From Arenicellales bacterium (GTDB taxonomy: Bacteria > Pseudomonadota > Gammaproteobacteria > Arenicellales > JAJDZL01): a stretch of 64,000 nucleotides of DNA. Below the pieces are notes generated by a model. That model made no database searches. It saw only the letters and a program-made list of their open reading frames with translations, and was not told where the DNA came from. Positions 60,745-64,000 of the stretch are shown piece after piece; position 1 is the first letter of the stretch; each line of letters starts with the position of its first letter. The stretch is taken from NCBI GenBank assembly GCA_965200645.1, contig CBDAUN010000003.1:1472968-1536967 (forward strand), read 5' to 3'. Position numbers and translations under genes: made by a program.

Positions 60745-61728
60745 TTGAGTGTAACCACCAAGCCAGGCAATCCTGCTACGGGCAGGCCGTATCATGATTT
60801 GTTTTTCAAAAGCGTCTTAGCGTCGTTTCCGGAGTTTCGCAAAGAACTGGTCGAACTGTCACTGCCCGATGCGTTACGGTTGGAACTTGACACTGATCAC
60901 ATTGATTATCAAACCGAGATCTTAGGCAGTGCATGGCAGGTGGAACTTCGTCCCGATGGATTGATGTCGATGAAGATCAACCAGGCCAGCGAAGCAGATC
61001 CCCGGGCACAGTTCGTGTATGAATTCAAAAGTCATCCGGACCCGCAGACGCTGGCTCAGGTGGCACGGTATATGTACAGTGTCGGCTATGCACATCCTGA
61101 TGCGTTGGTGATGGCCGTAGTGGTGTATCACGGTGAACAGCACTGGAACTTCGATACCACGCATCCTGTTGCGTTGAAACTGTCGTCCGAGGAACTTCGA
61201 AAGTACGATGCCAAGTCACTGCACATTCGAGCGCTGTTTGTCAATTTAATGGACGAGTTAATTCAAAGAAGAGCAAAGGATTTGAAGTTTGCCCCGGTAT
61301 TCTATATTCTTACGCATATATGGCATTTGGATGATGCTGTGGTGGGCCAGATGCTGCGACTGGCGTCTGAAAGGTTATATGGCATGGTGGGTTACGAATT
61401 ACTGTATGCCTCGATGGTGGCATACGTGTGTCAGCGGGACCCGAAATATAAAGATCGAGAGCGACTGATGAAAATAGAAAAGTTAAATGTTGAACGGGAC
61501 AGGAGAATGATTAGCAAAGTGTTGCCGATATTAGATGAATACACCAGGCAAGACAGACAAGAAGCTAGACAAGAAGGTAGACAGGAAGGTAGACAGGAAG
61601 GTAGACAGGAGATTGCAGAGAGTTTACTTCGCGACAATTTAGACGATTCTTTTGTTGTCAAGCACAGTGGTCTATCGCCGGATGATGTTTCCGAGTTGCG
61701 GCATAAGTTGAACGGAGCGGGTTCGTAA
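60745..61728 (+). CDS. Rpn family recombination-promoting nuclease / putative transposase (YhgA-like, PD-(D/E)XK)
   Basis: 327 aa. N-terminal PYHDLFFKSV box, a D...FVYEFKSHPD nuclease-core-like block, and a C-terminal low-complexity RQEGRQEGRQEG tract typical of this family. TTG start. Confidence 0.75.
   Translation: MSVTTKPGNPATGRPYHDLFFKSVLASFPEFRKELVELSLPDALRLELDTDHIDYQTEILGSAWQVELRPDGLMSMKINQASEADPRAQFVYEFKSHPDPQTLAQVARYMYSVGYAHPDALVMAVVVYHGEQHWNFDTTHPVALKLSSEELRKYDAKSLHIRALFVNLMDELIQRRAKDLKFAPVFYILTHIWHLDDAVVGQMLRLASERLYGMVGYELLYASMVAYVCQRDPKYKDRERLMKIEKLNVERDRRMISKVLPILDEYTRQDRQEARQEGRQEGRQEGRQEIAESLLRDNLDDSFVVKHSGLSPDDVSELRHKLNGAGS
61549..61608 (+). repeat. 12-bp tandem repeat, about 5 units, inside the Rpn gene
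   Basis: Units: caagacagacaa, gaagctagacaa, then gaaggtagacag three times. They encode QDRQ-EARQ-EGRQ-EGRQ-EGRQ. Confidence 0.9.
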
Positions 61729-61984
61729 AGATACGGAAAGTCTCTGATTTGTCGTGTCTATGTTTTGAATAGTTAGTTCGATATGATTGACGCAAGGCAA
61801 AGTCTTATTGCTTGACTTCCGCCATGATGGCTTGTAAGTCATTGGTTTAAAATGCCCACGGATCGAACTGAGGCACGCCATGGAAGGTTTTGCAAACACC
61901 GCACAATCAAGTTTTGTAAGCCATTGATATCAAAGACAGATAATATTCGTCGTTCGAAGACTTAAAAAAATTGTCCGAACATTA

Positions 61985-62167
61985 GTGTTTCAGGTTGGGG
62001 CGAGGGTTGTCCCTGAGGACACACTTATCTGTCGGCTCACGGACCAGGAATTCGGTCTGCTATGAGCATTCTTGCATCAGCGATTCTTGGTTGTGACCCG
62101 CGTTCCATCGCATCAGCTAATCGCATAATGGATCAAGTATTACCCCGACCATGACTATGTCAAGTCC
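61985..62167 (+). repeat. direct repeat copy 2 (183 bp of the MR/MLE gene)
   Basis: Offset is exactly 1988 bp from copy 1. Carries the same in-frame TGA (62014-62016) and the same C4 run (62143-62146). Confidence 0.9.
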
Positions 62168-62914
62168 CTATCGATGTTTGGTGGAGATTCAGCACAACCT
62201 GCTCCGGTTAATTCATCCATATCCACCGACACTATCGAGCAGATGATCAACTCGATAGAGACTGCGATCAAAGACGGCTATCGATGGCATTCAGCAAAGA
62301 TTGGTGGCAGGCATGCCGAACTGGATCATAACTGTATTGAAGCACTGAATGAAGCCTTACCCGTGGGTTACAACCTGACCTTTGGTGTGAACCGCTCGTG
62401 GACACCTGCCACAGCTATTTATGTCCTAAACAGCGCAATGGCTCAGAACAAATTCGAACAGCCTTGCGAAACACTTAATCAGTGTGCACAGGTCGCTTCT
62501 CGCGTTTCCCAGCCAATAGACTTAGAGAAATGTCTACACACATTTCAAGACTATCTTGACACTTGGAAACTGGAAGCATGTGAGGCTGTCAAAATCAAAC
62601 CTAATCGCGTCGGCGGACTGGCCAAGGCTCGACAAATTCGAGACTTTGGCGTTTCCGGTTGGTAGGTAAATGTACATTGAAGATACCGGCGGTAACGTGC
62701 TTGCCGACTCCACAGCCATTCATCTGGCATCATTTACTCCAGAACAAAACCGACTTGCAAGCTGGCTGTGCCACTATCACCTCGCTGAAGACCCTTTTCC
62801 AACCCAGGGAGCCCTTAACAATAAGGGCGTGACAATACCACCTCAAGCACCTGGAATTGGCATTGAACCGAACATTGAATCACTTGGAGATCCATTTGCA
62901 ATGTGGGAATTAAA

Positions 62915-64000
62915 ATGAAAATTACACGAGTTTTTATTTGGCATGTCGCACTGACCAGCCTCGAACCCTACTACATGGCAGACGGTAAGGACTGTGAAAC
63001 CGTCGAATCGGTAGTAATCAGAGTTGATACTGATTCGAAATTTTCCGGCTGGGGAGAAGTGTGTCCCATACCTCATTATCTGGAAGCCTATGCTCGCGGT
63101 GTCGCTCCGGCAATTAAAGAAATGGCCCCGGTACTGCTAGGTGCAGATCCCATTGGTGCAGAATCTCTTATGAGTAAATTAAATGCCTATCTCATCGGAC
63201 ACCGCTATGCAAAATCGGCAATCGACACTGCACTGTGGGATATTACAGGCAAAGTCGCAAATTTACCGCTATACAGTCTTCTAGGTGGTCGACGACACCA
63301 ATCAATGCCTGTTTTCCACTCCATCACGTGTATCGCACCTGACGAAATGGCAAAAATTGCAGTAGATACGCACCAGCAAGGAGTACGTCAATTTCAAGTT
63401 AAACTCGGAGCGGATAAAGATTGGCAAGCGGACGTTGAAAGACTGATCAAGGTACGCGAGGTTATTAAGGACGGTTCAATGGTTTTTGGGGACTGGAATT
63501 GCGGTTCATCTCAACTGGATGCAGTCCGGGTTGGTCGAGCAGTTGCTCATCTCGACATTATGCTCGAACAACCATGTCCTACAGTGGAGGAATGCGCAGC
63601 TGTAAGGTCAGCGACGGGATTACCCATGAAGTTGGATGAAAATGCTCACGACACTGCATCATTGTTAAAGGCTCATTCTTTAGGCTGCATGGAGGCTGCT
63701 GCGATCAAACTTTCCAAGTTCGGTGGTATTAGTGCAGCACGTCGAGGTCGGGATCTTTGTACTTACTTTGGAACGAAACTCGGCATCGAGGATACTTGGG
63801 GATCCGATATCACAACGGCTGCTGTATTGCATCTTGGTTGCACTACCAGTCCCGCAGTTCTGCAGAATGTCTGTGATCTTTCCGTTTACGTTTCGCCTCA
63901 TATTGCAAGCGATGGATCAAAGCGTGTCAATGGCTGTATTGCGCCACCTGAAGGTCCGGGGCTGGGCGTTACTCCCGATTTAGACTTACTCAAAGAACCC
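62915..64000 (+). CDS. mandelate racemase/muconate lactonizing enzyme family protein (enolase superfamily), 3' end outside window
   Basis: My own translation gives 362 uninterrupted codons from the ATG at 62915 to the window end. Sequence: MKITRVFIWHV...SGWGEVCP...GHRYAKSAIDTALWDITGK...LLGG...FQVKLG...GDWN...LEQPC...KLDE...IKLSKFGG...IEDTWG. Not in the ORF track because there is no stop in the window. The ATG overlaps the pseudogene-tail stop (ATGA). Confidence 0.9.
   Translation, partial: MKITRVFIWHVALTSLEPYYMADGKDCETVESVVIRVDTDSKFSGWGEVCPIPHYLEAYARGVAPAIKEMAPVLLGADPIGAESLMSKLNAYLIGHRYAKSAIDTALWDITGKVANLPLYSLLGGRRHQSMPVFHSITCIAPDEMAKIAVDTHQQGVRQFQVKLGADKDWQADVERLIKVREVIKDGSMVFGDWNCGSSQLDAVRVGRAVAHLDIMLEQPCPTVEECAAVRSATGLPMKLDENAHDTASLLKAHSLGCMEAAAIKLSKFGGISAARRGRDLCTYFGTKLGIEDTWGSDITTAAVLHLGCTTSPAVLQNVCDLSVYVSPHIASDGSKRVNGCIAPPEGPGLGVTPDLDLLKEP

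Larger units (their letters stand above)
60180..61984 (+). mobile_element. 1805-bp insertion carrying an Rpn/YhgA-like nuclease gene
   Basis: Unrelated sequence lies between the two repeat copies. It contains one long ORF (Rpn family). I found no convincing terminal inverted repeats; only AATGT is shared. Confidence 0.55.
59870..62918 (+). pseudogene. mandelate racemase/muconate lactonizing enzyme (enolase superfamily) pseudogene, interrupted
   Basis: The GTG at 59870 opens VKISRISIWQLDL...SGWGEGC. In-frame TGA at 60026-60028, and a +1 frameshift in the C4 run at 60155-60158. A 1.8-kb insertion follows. The body resumes at 62168 (..FGG..SSIS..KIGG..EQPCE..KIKPNRVGGL..IEDTGG). About 18 expected codons (AIDxAxWD block) are lost, with a further stop and frameshift at 62663-62669. 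Confidence 0.8.

Noticed and set aside
60604-60795. 63-aa minus-strand ORF overlapping the Rpn start region.
   Set aside because: No motif. It overlaps the better-supported plus-strand small ORF and the Rpn start, so it is most likely a chance ORF.
61431-61661. Minus-strand ORF with a CLPSCLPSCLPS repeat.
   Set aside because: It is the antisense reading of the 12-bp tandem repeat inside the Rpn gene. The sense ORF is far longer and has family motifs.
60180-61984. Terminal inverted repeats or a short target-site duplication that would define the insert as a classical IS element.
   Set aside because: The two ends share only AATGT in inverted orientation, and no DDE or serine/tyrosine recombinase is present. 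I therefore did not call an IS element.
1-64000. Search for CRISPR arrays, rRNA, tRNA, tmRNA and integron attC-like repeats.
   Set aside because: Reading the intergenic regions showed no regularly spaced direct repeats and no conserved RNA gene signatures. The only repeats found are the 183-bp pair and the 12-bp coding tandem repeat.

Overview
This window looks like a chromosomal segment from a gammaproteobacterium. That placement rests on gene content: fis, hspQ, cytochrome c4, a pcm-like gene next to tolC, waaA, and purH-purD. It may be a marine oligotroph, but that is inference only. All calls come from reading the translated ORFs for family motifs; no database search was possible. About 60 genes are densely packed on both strands, and most are housekeeping: polA, uvrD, engB, lgt, ilvE, pgi-family, hemF, tsaC, purE/purD/purH, fis, pcm, pckA, tolC and waaA. 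Interspersed are transport and catabolic modules: an MFS transporter, a TRAP DctQM pair, a four-gene polar amino-acid ABC system, a class-III aminotransferase, a multicopper oxidase and an MlrC/M81 peptidase. I found no rRNA, tRNA or CRISPR array. The accessory-looking part is the last ~11 kb (53.2-64 kb). It holds a short chimeric ORF that looks like a restriction-modification remnant. It also holds a divergent operon pair suggesting N-methylated osmolyte (betaine / proline-betaine type) catabolism: RpiR, Rieske oxygenase, CMD, a DMGDH-like flavoenzyme, an MDR dehydrogenase and two enolase-superfamily genes. The first enolase-superfamily gene is a multiply damaged pseudogene. It is split by a ~1.8 kb insertion carrying an Rpn/YhgA-like PD-(D/E)XK nuclease gene, and the insertion is bracketed by 183-bp imperfect direct repeats of the host gene. 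This is the most unusual structure I can support. The second enolase-superfamily gene (62915 to the window end) is intact but absent from the ORF track because it has no stop inside the window. Secondary points are an unknown 313-aa gene heading an operon with a cysteine-dioxygenase-like cupin and a four-rhodanese protein, and a bacterial GPP34/GOLPH3-family gene. In addition, purD has its conserved N-terminus upstream of any canonical start codon.
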